Source: an uncultured delta proteobacterium
Lineage (GTDB): Bacteria; Myxococcota_A; Polyangia; Haliangiales; Haliangiaceae
Assembly (NCBI GenBank): GCA_963848295.1
Contig: CAWKDB010000002.1
Location: 256,001 to 320,000, forward strand
Length of the DNA stretch: 64,000 nucleotides
Direction of reading: 5' to 3'
The notes beneath the pieces are model-generated. The model had not been told where the DNA came from, made no database searches, and worked only from the letters and a program-made list of their open reading frames with translations. Positions 46,491-57,732 of this stretch are shown one piece after another. The first letter of the stretch is position 1. Each line of letters begins with the position of its first letter. The translations under genes were made by a program, and so were the position numbers.

Positions 46491-48919
46491 GAGAGCGCGC
46501 GGTCATCGCGGTCGTCGCGCTAGTCTCCCTCGGGGCGTGCCACGGCACGATCGCGGCCTCGCACGATGCGGGCGACGCGGCGATCGACGCGAGCTCGGAC
46601 GCCGCGCCCGGCATCGTGACGATCACGTCGACCCGCGACAGCGCTCGGTTCGTCACGCGCGAGCACATGCTCGCCGCGGGCGAGATGCAGATCTCCGGCG
46701 AGCCGCTCGCGCAGGCGATGGGGCGCGACCTGACGGCGTATAGCCGCGACCAGATTCCGCCGAACCTCTACAACGATCCGGCGCTCGGCATCCTGTGGAT
46801 CGATCTGACCGGGTTCTCGACCGCCGTCGAGTCGTACGAGTATTCGAAGCAGCCGATGAACAACCTCGCGTTCGAAGGCGGGGCCGGCACCTCGCTCGCG
46901 TATGCGCCGCTGGTCGATACCGATGCCGCGATCGGCGCCGGCGCGACCGCGCACCTCGCCGCGCTCGTCCAGCACTACGCGGTCGGCAGCGACGCCGCCG
47001 GCATCTTCGTGTTCCCGCCCGGCACGTTCCCCGCCGCGAACCCGATCGGCGACGTCAACCCGACCGGCGCGGGCACGGGCGCCGAGAACCCGGTCGGCTG
47101 GCCGGGGATCTGGCCCACGACTCACGTGTTCGCGAGCTTCGACCCGACGATCGATCCGACGAGCCAGATCGCGCTGTTGTGCTCGATAAGCTCGGACGAC
47201 GATCCGCACGACCTCGGCACGCTGCAGTGCGCGGACTACGAGTGCGACGCGACGACGTTGCACCTCCGCGATCGCGCGAGTCAGATCGACTCGACGATCA
47301 CGCCGGGCGCCGACGGGTTCTCGGCCTGGAAGTACGGGCTGTGGTCGCTGAACTACTTGCAGGTCATGCACGACAGCAACGAAGCGGCGGTCGCGAGCGT
47401 CGCCGATGCGGATCTCGCGACGGTCGGAACCGCCGGCAACGGGATCGTGGGGCTCGACGCGAACGGCATGCCGACCACGCCCGGGACGTTCCTCGGCTCG
47501 AGCCGGATCGAAGGCCTGCAAGCGCAGATGATGATCGTCGAGATCGACAGCCGCGCCGACGACTGGATCTCGCGGCTGACGACGAGCGATGGCACGTCGC
47601 TGTCGGGCTTCGCATCGATCGAGGATGCGCTCGCCTACAACTACAGCTCGCCGTTGCGCTGGTTCCCCGGCGCGATCGCGGTGACCGAGCAACCGGGCGG
47701 CGACTTTCCGATGCCGAGCTACGCGTTGGCGTCTCCGGACAGCACCGCGCTCGATCTGATCGGGCTCGCGATGGGCTACGCCGAGTTCTTCTCGCTGACC
47801 GACACGGCGAATCGCGATGTCGGCGGTGCGCAGGCCGCTCGCGCCTACTTCGACGGCGATCCGTTCCCGGCCGACGATCAGCTCGCCGACGGCGAACCGA
47901 CCCTGCACGACCGCGCGCTCGCGATGATCCGAGTCGCCGTCGTCGACCTCGATCGGCTGCACACCGATCCGGCGACCGGCCTGTTGGTCGATGAGGTCGC
48001 GATGACGGGCGCGACGCCGAGCCGCGGTCACACGCTGTCGACGACGACCGCGGCCTACGCGATCATCGGGTTGCGCACGATCGGGCGCGCCCTGAGCTCG
48101 CAGCTCGAGCTGTACTCGAACAACACGCCCGACGACGCGATCACGACGACGCCGCTCGACCCGCTCGCGCTCGATGATCCCGGTGCGGCGGTGACGTTCG
48201 GCGGCCGGGTCACCCAGATGCTGCGCGCGCACGCCGATTTGCTGCTCGATCACCTCACCGACGCGACCGGTCGCGCCTACGACGGCTGGGACGTCACGAC
48301 CGGCGCGCCGATCGACCATCAAGACCTGCTCGATGCCCACACGGCCGCGATCCGCGGGCTGTTCGCCGCGTACCTCGCGACCGGCGACACCCGTTACCGC
48401 GATCGCGCGCTCGCCGTGTTCGACCGCATGCAGGCGACGTTCTACGACCCGACCGCGCGGATCTATTCGGCGACGCCTTTCCCGGTCGACGACGTCACGT
48501 TCACGCCGCTGCGCTTCGCGCTGCTGCAGAGCGCGCTGCGCGATGTCTACGAGCTGATCGCGTCGCGTCCCGGCCACGAGCCGATGGAGCCGGAGGTCGA
48601 AGCGCTGATCGCTCGGCTCGACAAGCTCGTGCTCGACGGCTGGGATGACCGCAATCAGAACCGCGAGGTCGATTGGCCGAGCGAATGTACGAACGTCGAC
48701 GTGCGCGGTGTGCCGCAAGGCGGCCTGCAGATGGCGGAGCGCACGCTGACCGGCGAGATCGGCAGCTACGACGAACGGCTCGAGCCCGGTGACCCGCGGA
48801 TCCCGACGTTCGACCGCGACGAGGACTGCGTCTCGGAGATCGACGATGTCCACCTGCCGTCCGCGCTCGCCGACTCGGTGACGTTCCACATCGCGCGGAG
48901 CGCAGGCCGGGGGCCGTGA
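46487..48919 (+). CDS. Large acidic lipoprotein with C-terminal (alpha/alpha)-toroid-like segment
   Basis: GTGA overlap; LGAC lipobox; AIRGLFAAYLATGDTRYRDRALAVFD..FYDP resembles six-hairpin glycosidase repeats. Confidence 0.75.
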   Translation: MRERAVIAVVALVSLGACHGTIAASHDAGDAAIDASSDAAPGIVTITSTRDSARFVTREHMLAAGEMQISGEPLAQAMGRDLTAYSRDQIPPNLYNDPALGILWIDLTGFSTAVESYEYSKQPMNNLAFEGGAGTSLAYAPLVDTDAAIGAGATAHLAALVQHYAVGSDAAGIFVFPPGTFPAANPIGDVNPTGAGTGAENPVGWPGIWPTTHVFASFDPTIDPTSQIALLCSISSDDDPHDLGTLQCADYECDATTLHLRDRASQIDSTITPGADGFSAWKYGLWSLNYLQVMHDSNEAAVASVADADLATVGTAGNGIVGLDANGMPTTPGTFLGSSRIEGLQAQMMIVEIDSRADDWISRLTTSDGTSLSGFASIEDALAYNYSSPLRWFPGAIAVTEQPGGDFPMPSYALASPDSTALDLIGLAMGYAEFFSLTDTANRDVGGAQAARAYFDGDPFPADDQLADGEPTLHDRALAMIRVAVVDLDRLHTDPATGLLVDEVAMTGATPSRGHTLSTTTAAYAIIGLRTIGRALSSQLELYSNNTPDDAITTTPLDPLALDDPGAAVTFGGRVTQMLRAHADLLLDHLTDATGRAYDGWDVTTGAPIDHQDLLDAHTAAIRGLFAAYLATGDTRYRDRALAVFDRMQATFYDPTARIYSATPFPVDDVTFTPLRFALLQSALRDVYELIASRPGHEPMEPEVEALIARLDKLVLDGWDDRNQNREVDWPSECTNVDVRGVPQGGLQMAERTLTGEIGSYDERLEPGDPRIPTFDRDEDCVSEIDDVHLPSALADSVTFHIARSAGRGP

Positions 48920-49425
48920 TGCGCGTGCGAGCCGCCGCGGTCGCATGCATCGCCTTGGGGTGCGGCGACAACGCGCCACCACCGCCCGACGCCGCGGTGC
49001 CACCCCCGCCGGCGCCGTGCGTCGCGACGTTCGCGGGCAACTTCGCCGAGACCGTCGAGCTCGCGCCGGGATGCGCGACGGCGTCGACCGCCGGAACGAT
49101 CGCGCTGGCGCTGCCGTCGACGGTCCTCGCGACGGTCGATGCGATCGCGATCGATCTCGGGGCCGCGCCGGCGATCGGCAACTACTCGTCTGCCACCGTG
49201 CATGCGTGGAGCGCGCGGGCGACCGTCCAGCACGGCAGCGACGTGTGCATCTATCTGGCGGGCTCGTCGGCCGTGCCGGCCGGGAGCTTCATGATGGCGA
49301 TCTCGGCCGTCGACCCCGCGCGCCACACGGTGCACGGCACGCTCGCCGTCGAGCAAAACGTCTTGGCCGGTGCGGAGACCAACTGCGGCGCTGACAGCGT
49401 CGAACAGGTGACCGTCGAGTTTTGA
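48916..49425 (+). CDS. Small lipoprotein
   Basis: GTGA overlap; ALGCGDN lipobox, PDAA linker, four further Cys. Confidence 0.75.
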   Translation: MMRVRAAAVACIALGCGDNAPPPPDAAVPPPPAPCVATFAGNFAETVELAPGCATASTAGTIALALPSTVLATVDAIAIDLGAAPAIGNYSSATVHAWSARATVQHGSDVCIYLAGSSAVPAGSFMMAISAVDPARHTVHGTLAVEQNVLAGAETNCGADSVEQVTVEF

Positions 49426-49518
49426 TCCACGGGACCGGGTGTCAGCGCTGTCGCGCGAAAGCCCACACGAACCTCCATCGCGGGCGGCCCAGCGCTACCC
49501 TAGAATGGGCAAACGGGG

Positions 49519-51070
<1,552 letters not shown>

Positions 51071-51101
51071 TGCCGCGTCGCCCCGCCCGCGCGCGCGCGT
51101 T

Positions 51102-52304
51102 ATGGTCGGCGCGGTGCGAAGCGCAGCCGTCCTCGCAGTCGTCATCGCCGGGTGCGGCGCGTCGGTCCCGCCGGTGCCGAGTCGCGGCGGACCGCCCTGG
51201 ATCGAGCTGACGAGCGAGCACTTCAGGCTGTGGACCGACGGTACGTCCGCGCGCGGTCACCAGCTGATCCGCGAGATGGAGCACTTGCGTCAGGTCATCG
51301 TCGGCGCGGTGTTTCCCACGGTCCCGGCCGAGGGCCGGATCATCGTGATCGCGCTACGCGACGACTACGAGCTCCAGGCGTTCTCGCTCACCGACGAGCC
51401 GCGTGCGTACGCGATGCTGCCGCACTGGCCGATGTGGCAGCCGATGATCGTGCTCGCCGCCGACAGCAACCAGCCGCAAGGCGACCAGACCGTCGCGCAC
51501 GAGCTGACTCACGCGATCTCGTGGGGCGTCGTCCATCATCAACCACGGTGGTTCGCCGAGGGCATGGCGTTCTATCTGCAAACGGTCGGGCTCGATCCCG
51601 ATCGCACGGCGGTCGACATCGGCGCGGCGCCGACCTACCGCGGTGCACCACTGCGGCTCGGCCGGCTCGTCCCGCTGCCGTCGCTGTTCGCGTGGCGCGG
51701 CATGACGACCGACGAGTACCCGCAGTACAGCACCGGGTTCGCGCTGTTCGCGTACTTGTTCAACGAGCATCGCGCGGAGCTGTCGCACTACATGCAGCTG
51801 CTCGATCAGATGCCGACCGCCGACCCGGCCGTCGTCTGGCAACAAGCGTTCCCGTCGCTGCCGATCGGCGACACGATCGACACGCTGCGCGAGTGGATCG
51901 TCCACGGCCACCACACCGTGTTGCACTTCACGACCGAGCCGCGCACCTGGCCGGTGACCGAACGCACGCTCGGCGACGGCGACGTCTACGCGGTGCGCGC
52001 GCTGCTGCGCTGTCGCGATACCCGGTGCAGCGCGGCGGCGGCCGACCTCGCGGCCGCGCTCGCCGCCGACCCGACGAACGTGATCGCGCGCGTGATCGAG
52101 ACCGGCGTCACGAAGCACGTCGCACTCTCCGACGCGCGCGCGGTCGTGGCCGCGCACGACGATAGCTGGCTCGCCTGGATGTTGCTCGCGGAGGCGCTGC
52201 CGGTCGGCGACGAGCGGACGCGAGCGATTGCGAATGCCTGCGAGCGCGCCGCGCGGAATCCGGCGATCGTGCCTCCGCCCGGCGAGTGCCCGAGGACCCG
52301 CTAG
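51102..52304 (+). CDS. Lipoprotein with HExxH metallopeptidase-like domain (DUF1570-like)
   Basis: IAGC lipobox; WIELTSEHFRLWTD, AHELTHA, PRWFAEGMA. Confidence 0.8.
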   Translation: MVGAVRSAAVLAVVIAGCGASVPPVPSRGGPPWIELTSEHFRLWTDGTSARGHQLIREMEHLRQVIVGAVFPTVPAEGRIIVIALRDDYELQAFSLTDEPRAYAMLPHWPMWQPMIVLAADSNQPQGDQTVAHELTHAISWGVVHHQPRWFAEGMAFYLQTVGLDPDRTAVDIGAAPTYRGAPLRLGRLVPLPSLFAWRGMTTDEYPQYSTGFALFAYLFNEHRAELSHYMQLLDQMPTADPAVVWQQAFPSLPIGDTIDTLREWIVHGHHTVLHFTTEPRTWPVTERTLGDGDVYAVRALLRCRDTRCSAAAADLAAALAADPTNVIARVIETGVTKHVALSDARAVVAAHDDSWLAWMLLAEALPVGDERTRAIANACERAARNPAIVPPPGECPRTR

Positions 52305-53185
52305 CGGTCGGCGATCGCGGTGCCGGTGCGGCACGCCGTCGCGAGCGCCGCCCAGAACTGTGGTGCAACGCCTCCGTAGTAGCGCGTGAACCAATACAGC
52401 CGCGTCCCTCGCACGCGCTCGCAGCGGTCGAGCGCCGCGATCCGGTCGAGCTCGACATTCGTGTTGCTCGCGATCGCATCCGCGAGCACAGCCGGGTCGG
52501 TCACCGCTTCGAACGTCGTGATCGCCGAGAGGTCGCGCAGCCGCTGGTCGACGAACCGGCCGCGCTGGGCGAGCGCCGCGTCGGCGACCGGCCGATGCAG
52601 CCGCACGAGGATCGCGGTCAGCTGCGAGCTCGCCCACCGCGACGTATCGGCCGCGACCCGCACGCGCTCGATCGCGACCGCGTCGAGCCGGGCGAGCAGC
52701 TCGGGATGATCCACGATCCACCAGCCCGCCTCCTCTGCCATCGCCGGATCGCCGAGCGCATCGATCACGACCTGCCCGCGGTCGGCCTCGGTGGTCGCGG
52801 CCGCGTAGCGCTCGAGCGTCGGTAGCAGCTTCGCGTAGTCGCGCACGTAGCCCTCGTAGTGCCCGACCGGCCAGCCGTCGGCGCCGACGAACACGAGCGC
52901 GGTGCGACCGACCGCGAAGCCCGCCGCGCAGCTCGTATTGGTCTCCTTCGCGACCAGCTTGCCGGCCTTGCCTTTGAGCAGCTGCCTGACCGCGAGGTCG
53001 ACGTCTCCCGCCGGCCCGAGCCCGTGCGCCGCGGGCGGCATCCGGCGCACCTTCGCGACCGCGACGGTCTCGGCGAGGTCGAACAGCTCGAACACCGTCT
53101 GATGCCGCTTCGAGCAAGCATGCGCGCGCGGCGCTGACGCAGCGATCACCGATGCCACCGCGACCACGATCGCAACGCGACCCAT
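52301..53185 (-). CDS. Secreted hypothetical protein
   Basis: Signal peptide ending AHA-CS; convergent CTAG overlap with previous gene. Confidence 0.75.
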   Translation of the reverse strand: MGRVAIVVAVASVIAASAPRAHACSKRHQTVFELFDLAETVAVAKVRRMPPAAHGLGPAGDVDLAVRQLLKGKAGKLVAKETNTSCAAGFAVGRTALVFVGADGWPVGHYEGYVRDYAKLLPTLERYAAATTEADRGQVVIDALGDPAMAEEAGWWIVDHPELLARLDAVAIERVRVAADTSRWASSQLTAILVRLHRPVADAALAQRGRFVDQRLRDLSAITTFEAVTDPAVLADAIASNTNVELDRIAALDRCERVRGTRLYWFTRYYGGVAPQFWAALATACRTGTAIADR

Positions 53186-53216
53186 GGGGCCTGAACGCGC
53201 GAGCCGGCTCGGCGGT

Positions 53217-54086
53217 CTAGCGCTTGCGGCCGAAGTCGTCGCCCGCGGACGTCTCTTCGGACGCGGACCAATCGACGAGCTGCGAATCGTCGACCGCGAG
53301 CTCGCGCTCGCGAAAGTCGCTGACGTCGGTCTCGACCTCGTCGTTGCCCTCGGTCTGACCGCGACGCACCACCGGCTTGGCGCCGGCGACCGGCGCGGGA
53401 GGCGCAGCTTGCGCTTGCGGGCGGCGCTGTTGCGGCGTGCCGGGACGCCCGATGCCGGTCGAGGCGTTGCGGAACCGGCCGGTCGGCGGGCGCGCGCGAA
53501 TCACGCCCGCGGGTTGCGCTCCGCCGTCGCGCTCGAGCTCGCTGACCATCTCCGCGAACGGCTCGGCGGCTGGCGCGGGAATGCTCGGTCCGGACGCGGT
53601 CGGCCGCGACGGCGAGGCACCGACCGGCCGCGACGGCGCTGCGCTGACCGAGTGCGGCACCGCTTCGGGCGGAGGCGGCGCGAGCGGCGACTTCGCCGCG
53701 AATCGACTCGGCGCCGGCGTCGGCGTCGGCCGCTCGGGCGCGGTCGGCTTGACCACGGCGGACCCGAGGGGTGGCGTCGTCGTGCTGACGATCATCGCCG
53801 GCAGCTTGCCGGTGAGCGCCCGCGCCGCGACGTCCTGGATCGAGCGCCAGATCAGCGCGGTCGGGATGTGCTCGACCAGGTTCGCGACCCCGACCGTTTC
53901 GACGACGAGCGTCGCATCGACCTTGGGCGCGCCGAGCGCGGCGGTGAGCAGGCGCGCCCACAGCGGGCGCGGCAAGTGGGCCGCGAGGACGTCGGGCGTC
54001 ACGTGCCGCAGCACGTCGTCGGGCACAGCGAGCCCGAGATCGAGCGCGCCCTGCAGCGCGTCGACGCAAAACGTCTTCACATTCAC
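53217..54086 (-). CDS. Hypothetical protein: N-terminal TPDVLAxHLP domain plus disordered tail
   Basis: First ~90 aa resemble the upstream small protein; acidic C-terminus. Confidence 0.75.
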   Translation of the reverse strand: MNVKTFCVDALQGALDLGLAVPDDVLRHVTPDVLAAHLPRPLWARLLTAALGAPKVDATLVVETVGVANLVEHIPTALIWRSIQDVAARALTGKLPAMIVSTTTPPLGSAVVKPTAPERPTPTPAPSRFAAKSPLAPPPPEAVPHSVSAAPSRPVGASPSRPTASGPSIPAPAAEPFAEMVSELERDGGAQPAGVIRARPPTGRFRNASTGIGRPGTPQQRRPQAQAAPPAPVAGAKPVVRRGQTEGNDEVETDVSDFRERELAVDDSQLVDWSASEETSAGDDFGRKR

Positions 54087-54388
54087 GGCGTCCCCACGTT
54101 GCTAAGCCCGGCGCGCGCGGCCGCCGCCGCGATGCAGGCCCACAGCACCTCGTGCGGGAGGTGGCGGGCGAGCAGCTCCGGCGTCACGGTCTCGAGCACG
54201 CGATCGGGGGTCATCGCGCCCGCCGCGAGCGACGCGGCGAGGACCTTGCTCAGCAGCTCGGGAGGCAGGTGATTGGCGAGCACATCGGGCGTCGCATGCG
54301 CCAGCACGTCGGACGGAGCGAAGATCTTGTGCTCGAGTCCCGACTCCACCATTTTCGTGAACCACGCTTGCCGCTGATCATTCGCCAT
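54083..54388 (-). CDS. Small hypothetical protein with duplicated TPxxLAxHLP motif
   Basis: MANDQRQAWF..ATPDVLANHLP..VTPELLARHLP; GTGA overlap with downstream paralog. Confidence 0.75.
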   Translation of the reverse strand: MANDQRQAWFTKMVESGLEHKIFAPSDVLAHATPDVLANHLPPELLSKVLAASLAAGAMTPDRVLETVTPELLARHLPHEVLWACIAAAAARAGLSNVGTP

Positions 54389-54492
54389 CCCAAAACGATA
54401 TACCGAATCGCTCGCGAGCAACGCCCTGGAATCGTTGAAACCCACCCCCCGGTCTTGCATTGCAGTTCGGTGCGGCGCACGGTCACAAGACG

Positions 54493-55140
54493 ATGGTCGA
54501 GCAACGCGCGAAGCTCTCGTCGGGGACGGTGCTGTACCGCCGGCGTGACGGCGCCCTGGAGATCCTGCTCGTCCATCCCGCCGGTAACTACAACCGCCGC
54601 GCACCGTGGGGCATCCCGAAAGGTGCCCCCGACCCCGATGAAGCGCTCGAAGCGACCGCGCGGCGCGAGACGCTCGAGGAGACCGGCATCGACGTCGCCG
54701 GCCCGCTCGTCGACCTCGGCCACGTCGACTACACGCGCAGCAAGAAGCGCGTGCACGGCTATGCCTGCCCCGCTCCCGAAGGCGCGGCACCGCGTTGTGC
54801 GTCGTGGGAAGTCGACAAGGTCGAGTTCATCGAGATTTCACGCGCGCGCCGCATCATTCACCCCGACCAAGCGGCCCTGCTCGATCGCCTGCAGCGCCAC
54901 CTCGGAGAGCTCGCAACTAGCGAGAAGTCGTCCGCGCGTCGAGCTGTCAGCAAATCTGACAACCTGATCATCTGGGACTGGACAATCGCGCGCGATGTGG
55001 CAACCCTGTGCGCTGCATTGGGGACGGTGTGGGATGGGACGATCAGTCAAGCGACTGATTTGGTTGATCTCGACGAGATCGACCTGCCTACCCGGTCGGG
55101 TCGGTTGCTGAGGCACCGCTCGGTGCGCATTGTGCAGTGA
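54493..55140 (+). CDS. NUDIX hydrolase (true end may be near 54920)
   Basis: ILLVHP..WGIPKG..EATARRETLEETG Nudix box; the tail after ~54920 has non-coding-like composition. Confidence 0.85.
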   Translation: MVEQRAKLSSGTVLYRRRDGALEILLVHPAGNYNRRAPWGIPKGAPDPDEALEATARRETLEETGIDVAGPLVDLGHVDYTRSKKRVHGYACPAPEGAAPRCASWEVDKVEFIEISRARRIIHPDQAALLDRLQRHLGELATSEKSSARRAVSKSDNLIIWDWTIARDVATLCAALGTVWDGTISQATDLVDLDEIDLPTRSGRLLRHRSVRIVQ

Positions 55141-55241
55141 AACCGAGCCGTTGCCTCGCTCGTATAGGTGAGGGGGCATAACGCGGCCTCGTGCAACGGT
55201 TCGATTCGAGACGACGTCTCACGAAGTACAGGAGCACCGCC

Positions 55242-56624
55242 ATGGCCATCACCCAACCAGCTCATCGTCGGCAGCGCCTCGCGCGCCGAACCCCAGCGAG
55301 CACGGCCCATGTCCGCGCGTCGACGCGCGTCCGACCGGATCGACGGTGAGCGCGACGGCCGCAGCGTCGGTCGCAGCCACGGTCGCTCCCGCCCCGGTCA
55401 AGCGCGCGCTACGGACGGTCGATTCCGATGATCATCTCGCCGCGTACTTTCGGCACCTCTCGGAGCACGAGCTGCTCACGCCCGAGGACGAGCGCGAGCT
55501 CAGCCAAGGCATCGAGGACACCGAGATCCTGACGTGGGAGCGCGTGCTGTCACGGCCGGACGCGATCCGTCCACTGCTCGCGCTGGTCGAGCCGAACCTC
55601 GAGCAGCCTGTGAAGTTCCCGAAGCTGCAGAAGCTCGCCGACGAGATGTCCGCTTCCAAGAAGCTCGCGCAAGGAGCCGCGCGCGCAGAAGCGTCTCGCG
55701 TCGGTCGCGAAGGAAACTGCGGCGAAGCTGCGCACGCTCGACCTCGATCGCGTCCACATCGACGCCGTGGTCCGCGAGCTCTATCGCGCGCGCGAGCTCG
55801 CGCATGCGGGCGAGGAGACGTGGTGGGAAGCCGGCGCGAGCAAGGATGCCGGCGCCTACGTCGATCACGTGCGCCAAGCGTACCGCGATGCGGCGAACCT
55901 GCGCGACGAGTTCGTGCGTGCGAACCTGCGCCTCGTCGTCACGATGGCGCGGCGCTACGATCGCGGCGGCATGCCGCTCGCGGATCTGATCCAAGAGGGC
56001 AACCTCGGCCTGATGCACGCGGTCGCGCGGTTCGACTATCGCCGCGGGCTGCGATTCTCGACCTACGCGTGCTGGTGGATCCGCCATGCGATCGGCCGTG
56101 CGCTCGCCGACAAGGCGCGCGCGGTCCGCATCCCGGTCCACATGCTCGAGGCGCAGCAGCAGCTCGAGAAGGTGCGCCAGGGCCTGATCGGCGAGCTCGG
56201 TCGTCCGCCCACTCCGCAAGAGCTGGCGAAGGCCGCGAAGGTTCCGCTCGCGAAGCTGAACCAGATGCACCGCTACATCATGGGCCAGCCGATGTCGCTC
56301 GATCGGCCGGCGCACGATGACGACGACCGCACGTTCGGCGACACGATGGCCGATCCGGACACCGAGGAGCTGTCGCCGGCGGACCGGATGACGATGCAGA
56401 CGCTGAGCTCGCAGATCAAGCGACTGCTGCACCACCTCTCGCCGATCGAAGCCGACGTGCTGACCAAGCGCTTCGGCCTCGGCGACGACGAGGAGCGCAC
56501 GTTCCGCGAGATCGGCGACCAGTATCACCTGTCGCGCGAGCGCATTCGCCAGATCCAGAACTCGGCACTCGACAAGCTGAAGCGAGCGCTCGAGCGCGAG
56601 CACCGCGGGCATGTGGAGATGTGA
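55242..56624 (+). CDS. Sigma70-family RNA polymerase sigma factor (RpoD/RpoS-like, no region 1.1); frameshifts near 55345 and 55680
   Basis: AGGAG RBS before ATG 55242; [15 protein letters not shown] (1.2), [50 protein letters not shown]. Confidence 0.9.
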
Positions 56625-56648
56625 GAATCGACGGAGCTATCTGACGCC

Positions 56649-57484
56649 GTGCGACTCTCGATAGCCGACTTTTTTACGCTGCCGAGTCAGAGCGTGAAGC
56701 TCGCCTCGCTCGCGGACGAGGTCGGCTTTGCGCGCTACTGGGTCGGTGAACATCACACCCCGACATCAGTGCGCCAATCCGTTGCTGCTTGCCAGCGTGC
56801 TGGCCGGGATGACGGAGACGATCCGGATCGGCACCGGGGCGATGTTACTGGGGTTGCGCGGTCCGCGACGGCGCTCGCAGAGGATGCGCGGCTCGTGAGC
56901 CAGCTATATGGCGACCGGCTCGATCTCGGGGTGACGAGCGGATGGAGCCGACGCGCTTGCCCGCGACATGCCAGAGCTCGCGAGCTGCTGACGCCGGATC
57001 GCGATCCGCGCTCGCCGCGTTGCCGTACATCGAGGACGCACCGGCACTATGGCTGATGGCGATCAGACGTGCGGAAGCGGCTACGCTCGCGGCGAAGCTG
57101 GGCTCGGCCTTTGCGCATCGTTTCATCACGGCGGAACACGAGAGGGAATTCGCGACCTCGTCGCTCGTTACCGCGACGGGTTCCAGCCCGGCGCCCTCTC
57201 CGAGCCACGCGACAATCGCGATGCTGAGCGGCGTCTGCGGGGTGGACCAACCCGCGCTCGATGCCGCGCGCGGCAGCTACGCCGCGGTCGCAAGCCAGCT
57301 ATCCGGCGGCGCTCGCGCCCGAACAATCTCGTTCGACGGATCGCCACGCGCCGTCGCCGAAACCGCCGCCCGCGAAGGCGAGACCGTCGGCGCCGACGAG
57401 GTGATGCTGCTGTTCCTGCAGACCGGACCCGACGCCGCCGCTAGGCTCGAGCCGGTGCTGGCCGAGATTAACGCGTCAGGTTAG
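56649..57484 (+). CDS. Luciferase-like (LLM class) flavin-dependent oxidoreductase, frameshifted
   Basis: [16 protein letters not shown], then in shifted frames [46 protein letters not shown]. Confidence 0.8.
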
Positions 57485-57629
57485 GGGCCTGCGGCTCGGG
57501 CTCGTTGCCGCATCTTACCAAGGTCCACAACGCGACGCCGCCGTTGATCTTCTCCAGCTTGTCCTTCGACAACGGCTTGATGACGGTCTTGTTGAGGCGA
57601 AGCCTCTTCGGCGTCGAGGTTTTCTTCAT
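57468..57629 (-). CDS. RiPP precursor peptide, class I lanthipeptide-like with double-glycine leader (53 aa)
   Basis: Leader MKKTSTPKRLRLNKTVIKPLSKDKLEKINGG; core [22 protein letters not shown]; same strand as LanC-like gene. Confidence 0.8.
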   Translation of the reverse strand: MKKTSTPKRLRLNKTVIKPLSKDKLEKINGGVALWTLVRCGNEPEPQAPNLTR

Positions 57630-57732
57630 GGCGGGATAATCAGCAACTGCCGCGCCAGCAACCGACCGCAAAGGTTTCGCCGGATTAGCTATCGCTGGAA
57701 CTTCACAGTTCGTGTAGGGCACGCGGCCCGGA

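Noticed and set aside
57630..57722. Longer 84-aa version of the precursor
   Set aside because: MKK at 57629 matches the typical leader start; the extension looks like intergenic sequence
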